Assembly (NCBI RefSeq): GCF_006345805.1
Contig: NC_043016.1
Location: 13,330,001 to 13,394,000 of the forward strand
DNA from: Octopus sinensis
Taxonomy: Eukaryota
DNA: 64,000 nt
Direction of reading: 5' to 3'
Below, one piece after another: positions 13,985 through 26,526 of this stretch; positions within the stretch are counted from its first letter, which is position 1, and each line of letters begins with the position of its first letter. Below the pieces are notes generated by a model that was given only the letters and a program-made list of their open reading frames with translations, searched no databases and had not been told where the DNA came from. The translations under genes were made by a program, and so were the position numbers.

Positions 13985-14504
13985 TAGTAGTAGTAGTAGT
14001 AGTAGTAGTATAGTAGTAGTAGTAGTAGTAGTGTAGTAGTAGTAGTAGTAGTAGTAGTAGCAATGAGAGAGAGAGAAGGGGCGAGAATGGGGGAGGAAGC
14101 GAGGAAAGGATAGAAAGAAAGACAGAAAGAGCGAGAGAGGGACAAAGAGAGAGATTGGTTGGAAAATGACAAGATCAAATTCTAAATAAAATCGAAGGAA
14201 GGAACGTCGACAGAAACGATGTCACCAATACTTCCAGTATTTCTAACATGGAGGAAAATGATAACTGATTTATCGATTAATTCAGATTGATTCTTAGCAA
14301 CAAAAAAAAAAAAATAAAAAAATAACGTCTATTAATTCTGTTCGAGCATTGAATTATTATTTTGTCGTTTTGTCGTTTAGTCTGGGGGAAAATAAGGAGA
14401 AAAAAACCCCATGCCGTTTGATTGGTAAGAGTGAGGAATGCTATCCTCAAACTGAAGATCTCATCTGGATGTTCGCATCGGAGTGAAATCTACTATAGGC
14501 ACGC

Positions 14505-14850
14505 ATGGTGGTTAGATGGCGGCGGTGGCGGTGTCAGTGGTGGCGGTGGTGGTGATGGTGGTGGTGGTGGTGGTGGTGGTGGTGGTGTGGTGGTGGTGGT
14601 GGTGGTGGTGTTTTGGTGGTGGTGGTGGTGGTGGTGGTGGTGGTGGTGGTGATGGTGGTGGTGGTAGTGGTGGTGGTGGTGGTGGTGGCGGTGGTGATGG
14701 TGGTGGCGGTGGTGGTTGTGGTGATGGTGATGGTGGTGGTTTTGGTGGTGGTGGTGGTGGTGGTGGTTTTGGTGGTGGTGGTGGTGGTGGTGGTGGTGGG
14801 GTGGTGGTGGTGGTGGTGGTGGTGGTGGTGGTGGTGGTGGTGGTGGTGGT
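14505..14850. repeat. Imperfect (GGT)n tract of about 345 bp
   Basis: Read directly. It accounts for the poly-G/V/W and poly-P/H/T ORFs in the track. Confidence 0.97.
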
Positions 14851-14984
14851 CTGGGAGATGTACGATTAAGTCTATTGCCTTCGTAGGACACAGTGCGATT
14901 TGAAATGGGAACTCAAAAGAGTCTGAACAAATACCACAAGACATCCGGTCTATGGTCTAACGATTCGGTCAGTCGACCGTCCTA

Positions 14985-15400
14985 GATTGGAGCATTATCA
15001 TCCATCAAGTCCGGAAAAATGAAAAGTTCTGTGACAAAAGATGTCGGCTCTCCTCTACCACTGTGGAAGATCTCACCCACATCAGCAGCAGTTGCTCCAA
15101 AATGTCTACAAGACACCATCTGCCCCGGAGGCATGACATAGTTGTAAAGATTATTTTCAATGCAATCCACAGGAAGAAGTGCCTTGGCATATACATCAAA
15201 GGCATGCCAGAACCAGCAGGTGTTCACACTTTTAGAAACAAGGAACACTGATGGAATACCCCAATAAAACCATAAACATAACAATCCTCGTATTGTTCTA
15301 TGGGCAAGGAACAAAAGCCATGCACTGTTGTAGGGGTCAGCCGCTCAGCAGATGTGAACGTACAATCAAAAGTCCAGGAATAAGAGAACATCTAAGGGGG
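14985..15400 (+). mobile_element. Decayed RLE-type non-LTR retrotransposon fragment (zinc knuckle plus PD-(D/E)xK endonuclease)
   Basis: CDKRCRLSSTTVEDLTHISSSCSKMSTRHHLPRRHDIVV, then after frameshifts HNNPRIVLW and CTVVGVSRSADVNVQSKVQE*ENI*G. Confidence 0.7.
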
Positions 15401-15995
15401 TGAGGCTACACTCCTGAAACATCAGGGATAGTTCTATAAAAATCAGATTTAGATAATAAACGGACTTCCAAAGTTCTCTAATGTTGCACAGTCATATAAC
15501 AGGTCTTAAAAATGTAATTTAAAAAACCTGTTAGTTTCAACATCATCGGTAACCACTGAGCCGCAGGTTTTATGTCGGAGTTATCCCAGTTACCTGAGTT
15601 GCCTTCACCTAGAAGGATGCCCTGACAAAGGCTAGGAGTCCTTCACTCCCAATGGTTTAACTGCGCAATCGGGTATTCAATCCGGTTATTTCTATGTCCC
15701 CGCGCTTGATAAGGCTTTAAGACATTTATTGGATGGCCGTTGACTCTCCTGATGTTTCAGGAGTGTAGCCTCATTATTGGATGGCCGTTGACTCTCCTGA
15801 TGTTTCAGGAGTGTAGCCTCACCCCCTTAGATGTTTGGAGAACTCAGATGTGTTTTCGGCTGATGAGTACGGGTCACTTGTATTTGCTGCAATATTTGCT
15901 GCCTTAATAAAGCTGGTCTTCGTATGAAACAATTGTACCGAAATACTGATCCATTTTTGTTGCTTTTTTCTTGTATATATATATATGTATGTATG

Positions 15996-16100
<105 letters not shown>

Positions 16101-16355
16101 TGCGGTCCCCGCGTATTATACAAAATGGATAATGAACTGGCTGAGGGCAGAAAAGAGATGACCTTGCAGGACGGCTAACAGAATATGTCTTTGTTCCTCT
16201 ATATTCTGTCTATATTCTGATCTAAATTCTGCTCTATTTTCGCTTCTGTGTTCAATTTTGACTTTTATCCTTGGCACGATTGATTAGATAAAGTACCGGT
16301 AGGTTAATTCAGGCCTCTGTCTACTATCTCTGAAAACCTGCGACCTAGAGTTGGA

Positions 16356-16476
<121 letters not shown>

Positions 16477-16561
16477 TGTGTGCGTTCTGAAGTATCTCCA
16501 CCATTTGCAAACTGATAAACATACATACATTTATGTACATGTATGTATGTATATAGATGTG

Positions 16562-16597
<36 letters not shown>

Positions 16598-16824
16598 TCT
16601 TATAGCAGCATTAGTTTGATTCGTTAAATATATTTGAATAATATAATTGTTCAGTGATAAAAGATTTTATTAGCATTAACTACAAGATGTGTTTAAATAA
16701 TTAATTAATCAATCAATAATTAATTAATTAATTAATTAATTATTAATTAATTAATTAATTAATTAATTATTAATTAATTAATTAATAATAATAATAATAA
16801 AATAATAATAATAATAATAATAAT

Positions 16825-17193
16825 GAGTGGCTCGCATGGCTTTTGATCTTAACTGATTGGAAGTGTTATCATGTACATTGTTTTGTCTTTGTATAAAAGA
16901 TGGGCTACAGCAAATATTCTGCTCAATACCACAGATTTGCTTGTCAGTTGTTTGACCTTAACCAGGTTAAACAACTGACCAGTTGGCCATGTCCCTTAGT
17001 GGCTAACGATATGTGCATCTCAGACCACAAGCAGAAGTAGTGGGGGAGCATCATAGTCGTGTGTTGAGTGGAATTCTTTGGAATTTGGATAATTCACCTT
17101 TGGAAACATGGATGGCTCGTTCAACATCCTTAAACAATTCTTATTCAGGAACCTTTTGAGCGGGATGAGCTACTCGACCAGAAGAAAATTCTA
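16825..17193. mobile_element. Second, truncated copy of the (TAA)n-associated repeat
   Basis: Aligns by eye with about 13370-13720. Confidence 0.75.
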
Positions 17194-17537
17194 AGTTTAA
17201 GTCGTGAAGTTTACAACTTAATGGATCTCCGTTGTTCGAGCAACTGAATTATCTGCCCCTGAATAAGCGTTTAAGTGGCTGAGTATTCCATAGACATGTG
17301 TATCTTTCATGTAATTATCAATCAGAGTCAACGAGACACAGTGCCGTTTGAATCGCAGGTATAATCCACCCAACGGGCTTAAGTACAGTCTCCGCCTACC
17401 TAGTTTTATTCGCAAAGTATGGGTCTACCCGAAACTATAGAAAATGACATTTGCCCAAGATTCAACGCATTGGAATCGAACTCTGATCTCTTGGTTACGA
17501 AACGAACTTCTTAACCATTCGGTCCAACTGCGCCGCC

Positions 17538-17574
<37 letters not shown>

Positions 17575-18383
17575 AAACACAGACACAATAGAAATTTACC
17601 CTCGCATTTTTACGCAACAGAAAACAGACCGCCTGAACGTTCACAGACGGCAAAGCTATGTTTCTATTGAAATTTTCTATTGACGTACCAGTGTTTCGTA
17701 CAAAAGCAAAATGTCTCGTATTTATGAGAAAATCGTACGAAATGAAACCACGTCTTTTGTAAAGAGCGTCTGTGACATAAGTCAGGAAAAGAATTGCAAA
17801 ATCATCATCAGTGCCCCCCCTCTCTCTCTCTCTCTCTCTGTGGTGTGTTTGCTTGTGTGTGTGTGTGTGTTGTGTTTGCATGTGTGAGTCTGTATTTGCA
17901 TGTGTGTGTGTGTGGTGTGTTTGCATGTGTGAGTCTGTATTTGCATGTGTGTGTGTGTGGTGTGTTTGCTTGTGTGTGTGTTGTGTTTGCATGTGTGAGT
18001 CTGTATTTGCATGTTTGTGTGTGCGTGTGTGTACGTATGTGTATGTATGTGTGTGTGTGTTTGTGTGTGTATTTGTGTGTGTGTGTGTGTACATACAGAA
18101 ATGAACGTGTGTGAGAATGTTTCGTCTTATTGAAACTTTTCACTTTCCTAACACAGAGGCAGATCAAGGCCAACAATAAAACATCTTGCGGGTCCTTCCA
18201 CCTCCAATAAACAGTAAACCAAATTCCTTCCAAAGAGTGGACTAAAAAGACGGAGGGAACGGGCGAGACTTGAATGCGTTTCGGCTGCTTAACTCGGTTC
18301 AGGTAAGTCCAAACGGATATAAACAACAAACATTGAGCACTTTAATATTTTTATTTCGGAAAATATACGTGTGCACGTCCGCA

Positions 18384-18414
<31 letters not shown>

Positions 18415-18720
18415 TGTGTGTGTGTGTGTGTCTGTGTGTGTGTGTGTGTGTGTTTGTGTGTTTGTTTGTGTGTGTATTTGTGTGTGTGTGTGTATTTGTG
18501 TGGTGTGTGTGTGTGTGTTGTGTTTGTGTGTGTGTGTTTGTGTGTGTGTATTTGTGTGTGTGTGTATTGTGTGTGTGTGTGTATTTGTGTGTGTGTGTGT
18601 GTGTGTGTATGCGTGTGTATAGTTAATCCAAACATTAAAACACAAAGAGAAAACACAACAACGCGAGGACGTGGAACAAGTACAGTGTTATTGGACGCTC
18701 GGGAAAGGAAAGAAAGAAGG

Positions 18721-18760
18721 ATGATTTAACGTTTCGAGCGGAGCTCTTCGTCAGAAACAT
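18721..18760 (-). ncRNA. Minimal type-I hammerhead ribozyme motif with intact core, inside a ~190-bp repeat (18640-18830)
   Basis: The minus strand reads AUGUUU-CUGACGA-A-GAGC(UCC)GCUC-GAAAC-GUU-AAAUCAU. It has the core CUGANGA, a 4-bp stem II, GAAA, a palindromic AACGUU stem III and a stem I of AUG.UUU/AAA.U.CAU. Confidence 0.7.
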
Positions 18761-19498
18761 AGAAAAAGGAAAAGTCCAAGGAATGGAAGACGAAGAAAGA
18801 AAATCGCCAACGATACACACGCGGTCACGTTTTTGTGTCTGGGAGTGTTGATGTCTGTGTTCATTGTCATAACTTGATTCATTTCTACACGAATTATAAA
18901 CAGATACTCTAAACTTCAGAAAATACGTGACTTAAACGTTCGTGTAAAATGCTTGAAACTTGTAATGGCATTAACACAGGCTTGTCCCATATGACTAAAA
19001 TTTTCATGAGGGATTGATTTACGCAAGCAGGTTCATAAATTGTTGATTTCTTTAAACCACGTAAAGCAAATATATGCGTGTCTGTGATGAAAGCATGTTC
19101 TAGGGTGACTCTAAGGAAACGAGTCGATCCCCTAAATTATGCTGTGTCAATTTGATCTCGATGTAACCCTCTTAGAGTAGATTTATGATTAAAGGCATTC
19201 TGTTTGTGGCAATCTGCTGATTTCCAATGGTTTGAAAAATTGTAAAAGTGCCGGCACGTAACACTCTCACACTAGTCACTGTATCGCCTGCTGATGAAGG
19301 CGAGGTGTACGTATGTATTTTCATAAACACATTCGAGTACACAGGTGAATGGTGTAAACTGTAAAGTACTTCATATAGCTGAGCAGTCACCTGTTATAGA
19401 ACGCAGATATTAATAAGGAGATCCAAAACTGGATAAAATGTACCAGGACAAACTCTGCTGTCTGAGGTCGGACTTTTAGACTCCGTATTAATCACGAG

Positions 19499-19656
19499 CA
19501 CTAGCGTAGCTAGAGTGTGTGCCGCCCGGGGCGGCCCTTCTGTTTTCCGCCCCATCCCGGATCCCGCAAAAGACATATTGCCTACAGCAGACCCAAAAGT
19601 GTCGCCCGGGGGGGGGGGGGCTACACCACCACTACCACCACCCAGCTGTGCTAGTG
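19499..19656. mobile_element. Short MITE, probably hAT-like
   Basis: Imperfect 14-bp TIRs (CACTAGCGTAGCTA and the reverse complement of CAGCTGTGCTAGTG). The 8-bp flanks atcacgag and atcacatg match at 6 of 8 positions. A CACTA-type origin is not excluded. Confidence 0.5.
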
Positions 19657-19879
19657 ATCACATGTGGTTTCAAAAATTCAAAACTTGATGGGCAATTATC
19701 CTCGATCGCAACAAATTGCCAACAAGGGCGATATCTACTAAGATTTATCTCACCGTCTAATTGTTATATAGCTTTAAACCCACATTTATGTACTAAATGC
19801 TTTATTCCAAGTTGGAAAGTTTCTTTTACAATCTTTAAATAAGACATTTAATGCCGAAATATCAGCTTTATGCTATATG

Positions 19880-20625
19880 TAAATTTGTTAGTAAAAATGG
19901 TTTGACAGTTCTATGGTAGTATGGAGAAGTCCCATTTTGGAAATAAAATTTCACATCTTCACTCCTCTTAAACGCTGGACATGAGAGATGGTCACAGTAG
20001 GTTCAAGTAGATTGGACTAATCATAGTACCGTCACAAAAAACCATGGTCCAATAAATCCTTTTGATAAGCCGCACTATATTGTAACTTCCGGTAAGTTAA
20101 CATGATGTTCCTCTGAATGTGCCGATCATCAGTCCCTAGTATCTACAATTGTGATGGTTAATTGAACCATTCAATTTAAATGTAACCTCACCACTCCAAA
20201 CACTCCTGATTGGAGAATGTGTATCTTGCCAAATACCATTCACTAAACTCAACTCTTTGGTTTTGAACCATCTTCCTTGAGTTCATGGATTATTCTTGGA
20301 ATGTAACTTTTCCAATGACATTGCTTGAAGATTTTAAAATTCCTAACTCACAAGTTGCTTGCAAACAGGTTTTCTTGAACTCTAGCAATGCGTTTCTAAC
20401 ACCTTTCTTAATTTTGGGGACTCAGCGATGTCTGCGATCTTCCGGAACGGTTCTTGTGAATATTCTGAACAATTCCATCTGATTCAAACTTATCTCTAAT
20501 TCGTGATGGTAAACTGTGCAGGTGGATCTGTTTCCAAGACTGTCTTTCGACTACGACTGCGTTTTCAAACTTCCGGTAATGTTTCAGGGTAAATTTCCTT
20601 TGTTCAAAGCTTATTTTGGTTCCAT
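19880..20625 (-). pseudogene. Decayed Tc1/mariner-superfamily transposase (DUF4817-like N-terminus)
   Basis: ATG at 20625 gives MEPKISFEQRKFTLKHYRKFENAVVVERQ...TITRIRDKFESDGIVQNIHKNRSGR, then [15 protein letters not shown] and [20 protein letters not shown]. Multiple frameshifts and stops. Confidence 0.7.
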
Positions 20626-20849
20626 TTCTTATTTCTGATGGGTTAAATCTATAACGATATGAAAAGTGAGTTACCAGCTGTTAAAGTAAGAAAAATAGTT
20701 GGCGAGGGGTGGGAAGACATCCTGAAGTGCATGGTTGCACTTCAATGGCTGGAATGATTAGATCTATAAAACGTGTGTGCGTTAGATTTATTATCTATCT
20801 ATCTGAGGGTGTCGTGGGTGGAAGGTGGGGTGCTGTTACTCGGAAGGTG

Positions 20850-23400
20850 AATCAATAAAGGCCTGCTTCACACGATCTATGTTAACAGTTTGAAGGTCTA
20901 AAACCATGAACTTGGGTTTTACTTTTAACACTCGGTACGGTCCGGTATAAGACTGCTATAGTGGTTGCTTGACTACGTCATTACGGATAAAAAATATGAG
21001 TGCATTTATGAATATCTGGTGGAACAAAACACATGATAAATTGTGGTCTGGTTACCAACGGAGGTAATTCTACCATGTATTTTTGCATTCGATGAACATA
21101 ATCTCATGGATCGAAATCTCGGTCAACCGCAGTTGTATTTGTGACCATTTGACCCGGTCATAACAAAAGGGGCGCCATAAAGTAATTCCCCCGGTGAAAA
21201 ACCTAGGTCTTCCTTTACAACCGACCGAAGACCTAATAAAATAATTGATAATACTTCTAACCAAACATCTGACTCGGAATAAGCGGGTAGAGTTGCTTTC
21301 ATTTGACGGTGAAAACGCTCAATCATCCCGTTAGACGTGGGGTGGTGAGCAGTGGTACGGATTCGTCGATTACCCAGCAAGTTTGAATTTTCAGCCACGA
21401 GATTTGATTCAGTAACTATGGAATCAATCTATCAGTAGTCATGGTGACGGGAGCTCCAGAATGCGAAATTCACCCAGCTATAAGAGCCTTTGCGATCGTG
21501 AGAGATGAAATGTTCTTCATGGGAATAGTTTCAGGTCATCTAGAAAAATTATCTATACAGGTCAGCAAATATATATTACCTTGAACTGACGGCAAGGGAT
21601 CCACAATATCTATGTGGATATATTTAAATCGTGCACCTGGGGTTGTAAAAGTTCCCAAAGGTGTCTTTATAAACTGCTAAACTTTAGCTTTCTGACAAAA
21701 TATACAAGAATCTGTAAAATGTAGTGGTAGTAGACGGATGTCTAAAAAAGGTGAGTCCAACGCATGAAGATGCAAAAATTTGTCATCTTGTTCTTGATCC
21801 AACAGAATTTGCTGCAAGTCAATGGAATCTGGAGTATGTAAAGCGTTAGTGTGCACGCGAGATAAAGTATTGGCTGCAGAATTATCTGCACCCTTGATGT
21901 AACGAATATTGACAGTGTATTGTGAAATGAAATCCAAATGTCGTAGGTCTCTGGGTGAATATTCATCTGCTTTCGTTTGTAGAGCAAAACTCAACGGTTT
22001 ATGATAGGTGAAAACTGTAAACTGTCGTCCCTCAAGAAAATGCCGGAAATGTTTCACGGCTAAATAAGCAACCAAAAGTTCTCTGCTTAAGGTGTTGTAT
22101 CTTGACTCAACTGGTTTGAGGCATCTGGGAAAAGCAAAGTTATTGCCAAGCGTTTAGAACAAACTGTTGCTAAACTCTGCCAATTCTTAAAGTTGAATCG
22201 TCAACCATTAATGATAAGAGTGCATCTAGAACGGAGTGAGCCAAAAATATAACTCTTGATAACTTGTCCTTAATATCCTCAAAAGCTTGTAGGTGAGTAG
22301 AATTTAATGATATAGGTTCATTTTTCATTTTTCTATTACGTAAAAGTTCCGTAAGAGGAAAAATTGTCTCAGTACAATGTGGAATAAATGTTCCGTAGAA
22401 GTTAATCAAACTGAAAAATTCTCGTAACTTCGTTACAGGAGAAGAAACTGGAATATCACCAAAAGCATCAATCCTATTCTTTAAAAGACCCATTCCATCT
22501 TTAACAATTACATGTCCCAGAAAAGTGATGGAAGAAACACCATAAATACATTTATTTGCGTTACTTATCACACCGTATTGCGATAGGCGAGTAAAAAGTT
22601 GTTCTAAATGAAATCCATGCTCCTTTTCTGTGGAAGTGTCTATTAATAAGCCATCGATGTCAGCGAAAACAAAATCTAGACCACGTGTGATTTCGTCGAT
22701 AAATCTCTGAGAAGTGTTAGCAGCATTACGTAGAAGAAAAAGCAGTCGAATAAACTTGAACGAATCAAAAGTAGTAGTTAAAGCCGTCTTAGGAGTGTCC
22801 ACCGGTTCAATTGGAATCTGGTTGTACGCACACTATAAATCGATCTTGGAAATTATAGTACTGTTATATAATGATGCAGAAAATTTATGAAAATGAGGAA
22901 TAGGATATTTATCTGGTACCGTTAAAGCATTTACATGTCGATAGTTTCCACAAGATTGGAAATCTCTTGATTTTTTAGGCACAAGGTGTAACAGGTATGA
23001 CCAATTACTGCAAAGAGGACGAATTATACCAAGGTCCAACATGTAACTAAATTCCTCCTTAGCTATTTTAAGCAAGACGTTTGTGACGAGACGCGACAGG
23101 CGGTCTTTTTGTAATAATATGGTGTGTTGCTCTATGCACCGGAGTCTTGTTATGAAAAATAGTTCGAGTGATATCCGTAAACTTCATCAAAAGTTCAAGG
23201 CAACGATTAGAAGATGATGAAAAGAAAAGAAGTAAAGGGGCGAGAAAACGTGTAGAGAGATGAGTTCTTGAGTCGACTAACTGCTTATTTCGTAAATCAA
23301 CCAAAAGATCAAAATGATGCAAAAATCTGCGCCGAGAATCAGGTATGGTATGTCTGCAATAATAAAACCCATTGAAACTGTCGTCTGAGATTTATATCCA
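20850..23400 (-). mobile_element. Decayed Ty3/Gypsy LTR retrotransposon pol (PR-RT-RNaseH-IN-GPY/F)
   Basis: Domains in Gypsy order: ILGADFLHHFDLLVDLRNKQLVD (PR), LDLGIIRP...[17 protein letters not shown] and TPKTALTT...FADIDGLLI (RT), AVKHFRHFLEGRQFTVFTYHKPL (RH), RTTAHHPTSNGMIERFHRQMK (IN), QSYTGPYRVL...VNIDRVKQA (GPY/F). Many frameshifts. No LTRs were recognised. Confidence 0.9.
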
Positions 23401-23809
23401 AGGTAGAGTAGATCAAGAAAGAAACATTACGACTGCTGGTGGTTGTCGTCATTGGTTACATGTGCGCCATTATAGTAATTTTACTCTGGTGAAAAACGGC
23501 AGGAAATCAGCATAACTCATCTTGATTAAAAGCACTCACCTTTCTGCCCTTAGATAATTTGTTGTGCCAATTTATGGAAAAGGTTAGGCTCCAGAACACA
23601 TGCCGATTAGTTGTTTGAGAATGTATTAAGCGCAACGTGATTGGACCTTCGATCCCGCGCAATACTCAACCATCTCAGTGCAAGACTCAACCAATGTTCA
23701 AAGCTCACATGATAGGTAAAACGACCAATCATTACAGATTAAAGTGCTGTCTTCTAGATGCCATAATAGAAGTTGGTCTCACTACACATTCATCATATCT
23801 ACGTATGTA

Positions 23810-25000
23810 CAGGGTGTTCCAGAAAGATTTACCTATGTTTTAAACTCTTCCTCAAGAATATTGGTTCAGGTAATATTATCTAAATTTTACATAAATACTT
23901 GCATATGTCTTTTGTTCATGTGTCTATTGCTTCGTTCACCTGTAACATGTTTGTAAACAAACATGGCGTCGAAAGCAAAAGGGGGCCACATTGTCGCTTT
24001 GAAAACAACGGGAGTGAGCAACAAAGATATAACAAAACAGTTGAATGTGTGCCGTAAAACAGTGTTCAATACCAGGAAACGATATATGGAGTCTGCTAAT
24101 ACCTCTAGCAAGCCAATTCCTTGTAGAAAACGATCAATTCGTACCAAATAAACTGTTGAATCTGTGAAGATGCAAATGAACCGAAATCCCCGCAGGAGTG
24201 CAAGAAAAACTGCAAAAACTCTTGGTATTTCGAAACTGTCAATGCACAGGATCTTTAAAGAGGATTTAAAGCTAACTGCATACAACAAACAATCCCGGCA
24301 GTTAATTCCAGTTGCTTCCAAGAAGAATCGGCTTGACAGGGATAAAACCATGTTAGCTGAGACAAAGCACGCCGCTAACAATGTGATGATCAGGTCTGAC
24401 GAGATCTTCTCCGTGGAGGCAGTTACCAACAGGCAGAATGATTGGCTTTATGCACATAATGCAGGAGACTTGCCTCAATGTAGCAGGAGTCATTTACGCC
24501 GTCAGAAGCCAGCTTCACTCATGGCGTGGGCTACAGTTGCATTTGATGGGTCCAAGTCTCCCTTGATCTTCATTGGGGCTGGCGTCAAATTCAACAGTGG
24601 AGTTTATGTAGAAAAGTTTATGAGAAAGTGTTACCCTGAGTCACAGAAACCTTTGGTAACCGTTACATCTTCACTCAAGACGAGGCTCCGGCCCACACAT
24701 CCAGTTTGACACAGTGGTGGTGCAAAGAGCATTTCAGCAGTTTTTGAGACAAGAGGATATGGCCTCCCTCAAGTCCAGACATCAATCCCATGGACTTTGC
24801 TATCTGGTCCATCTTAGAGAGTAATGTTTCTGCTTGCTCCTATTCAGATAAGTCAAATCTGAAGAAAGCCTTTCTATCTGAAGAAAGCCTTTCTGTCTTC
24901 ATGACTCAAGTTGGATGAAGAGGTGTGTAACGGCGCTCATGAAACTCAGTGACCACTCGTTTGCGGGCTATAATCAAGGCAAAAGGTGGTCATTTTGAAA
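23810..25000 (+). mobile_element. maT/DD37D Tc1/mariner transposon, decayed, right TIR missing
   Basis: TA|CAGGGTGTTCC left end and ATG at 23963. Motifs SDE, QDEAPAH and WPPSSPDINPMD, with exactly 37 residues between the second and third Asp. Contains stops and frameshifts. Confidence 0.88.
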
Positions 25001-25094
25001 TGCAATCACCGCAATGGTTTGACATTTTACATTATCCTACCTTAAATTTATTTTCAATAATTAAGAAATATCAATATCGTTAGTCACAACACAC

Positions 25095-25250
25095 ATTTTT
25101 TTCTCTCCTTGTTTTTTCTGTGTCCCTTTCTGTAGAAGAGCGTAGGCTCGAAACGTAAAAGACTTTTTCTATTTCTGAGCGTTATACTAATACATCTGTT
25201 TATTTTGTACACCACCTGTCTTCGTCTTTTGTGTTTTTCATAAACTCTCC
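25095..25250 (+). repeat. Hammerhead-like short repeat, copy 1 (CTGTAGA-A-GAGC GTAG GCTC-GAAAC-GTA; core starts at 25130)
   Basis: Same architecture as the 18721-18760 motif. Core position A6 is replaced by U. Confidence 0.65.
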
Positions 25251-25678
25251 TTATATATATATATATATATATATAGTGATTCTATACATACATACATACA
25301 GACAGACATGCGTGATATACATACATACATACATGTATATATATATGCATACATGCATATCTGTCTGTCTGTCTGTCTGTATATATGTATGCATGTATGT
25401 ATGTATAGAATCACTATATATATATATATTACTTGTGTCAGTCATTAGACTGTGACCATGCTGGGGCACTGCCTTGAATTTTTAGTCAAATGAATCGACC
25501 CAGAACTTCTTTCTTAAGCCTAGTACTTGTTTGGTCCTCTTTTGCTGAACCACTAAGTTACGGGGACGCAAACACACCAACACCCGTTGTCAAGCGTTGA
25601 TGGGGAGACAAGCAGATACAAAGACACGCACACACAACACGCACACACACACCACACACCACACACACACACACACAC

Positions 25679-25720
<42 letters not shown>

Positions 25721-25740
25721 ATATATATGTATATATTACA

Positions 25741-26010
25741 TGTGGAGGCGCAATGGCCCAGTGGTTAGGGCAGCGGACTCGCGGTCGTAGGATCGCGGTT
25801 TCGATTCCAGACCGGGCGTTGTGAGTGTTTATTGAGCGAAAACACCTAAAGCTCCACGAGGCTCCGGCAGGGGATGGTGGCGATCCCTGCTGTACTCCTT
25901 CGCCACAACTTTCTCTGACTCTTTCTTCTGTCGACCTGCTCGCTTAGCCAGCGGGGTGACGTCATTTGAAGGCTAAAAACAATGCGAAGCGCATTGTGAC
26001 CAGCGACGTG
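25741..26010 (+). mobile_element. tRNA-derived SINE family C, 5' part; carries TGACGTCA at 25957-25964
   Basis: A-box TGGCCCAGTGG and B-box GGTTTCGATTCC. The head is nearly identical to that of the minus-strand copy at 50364-50737. Confidence 0.85.
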
Positions 26011-26062
26011 ATATATATACATATATATATATAAACATATATATACATATATATAATATACA

Positions 26063-26130
<68 letters not shown>

Positions 26131-26174
26131 CATATATATTCGCCATGTTGATTCGTTAGCTACTGCACGCATTT

Positions 26175-26345
26175 TTTTTCTCTCCTCTTTCTGTGTTTTT
26201 CTCTCTCTGTGTATCTTTCTGTTGAAGAGCGTAGGCTCGAAACGTTAAAGACTTGTTTTATTTATATTTCCTGAGCGCCATACTAATACAATTGTTCGTT
26301 TGTTTTCCACCTGCCTTCGTCTTTTGTTTTATTTTCATAAAGCTT
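26175..26345 (+). repeat. Hammerhead-like short repeat, copy 2 (CTGTTGA-A-GAGC GTAG GCTC-GAAAC-GTT; core starts at 26219)
   Basis: Direct repeat of copy 1, with stem I TCTTT/AAAGA and the same A6-to-U change. Confidence 0.65.
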
Positions 26346-26367
26346 CCCGTTATATACATATATATAT

Positions 26368-26447
<80 letters not shown>

Positions 26448-26478
26448 GATATATATATATATATACATATATATATAT

Positions 26479-26526
<48 letters not shown>

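Noticed and set aside
14452-14500. CTGAAGA...GAAA with a GATG-TTCG-CATC hairpin as a hammerhead
   Set aside because: There is no closing stem II pair next to GAAA and no stem III or stem I pairing.
25741-25820. tRNA genes (here and at other SINE heads)
   Set aside because: A/B boxes are present, but the heads run into SINE bodies and lack a complete cloverleaf.
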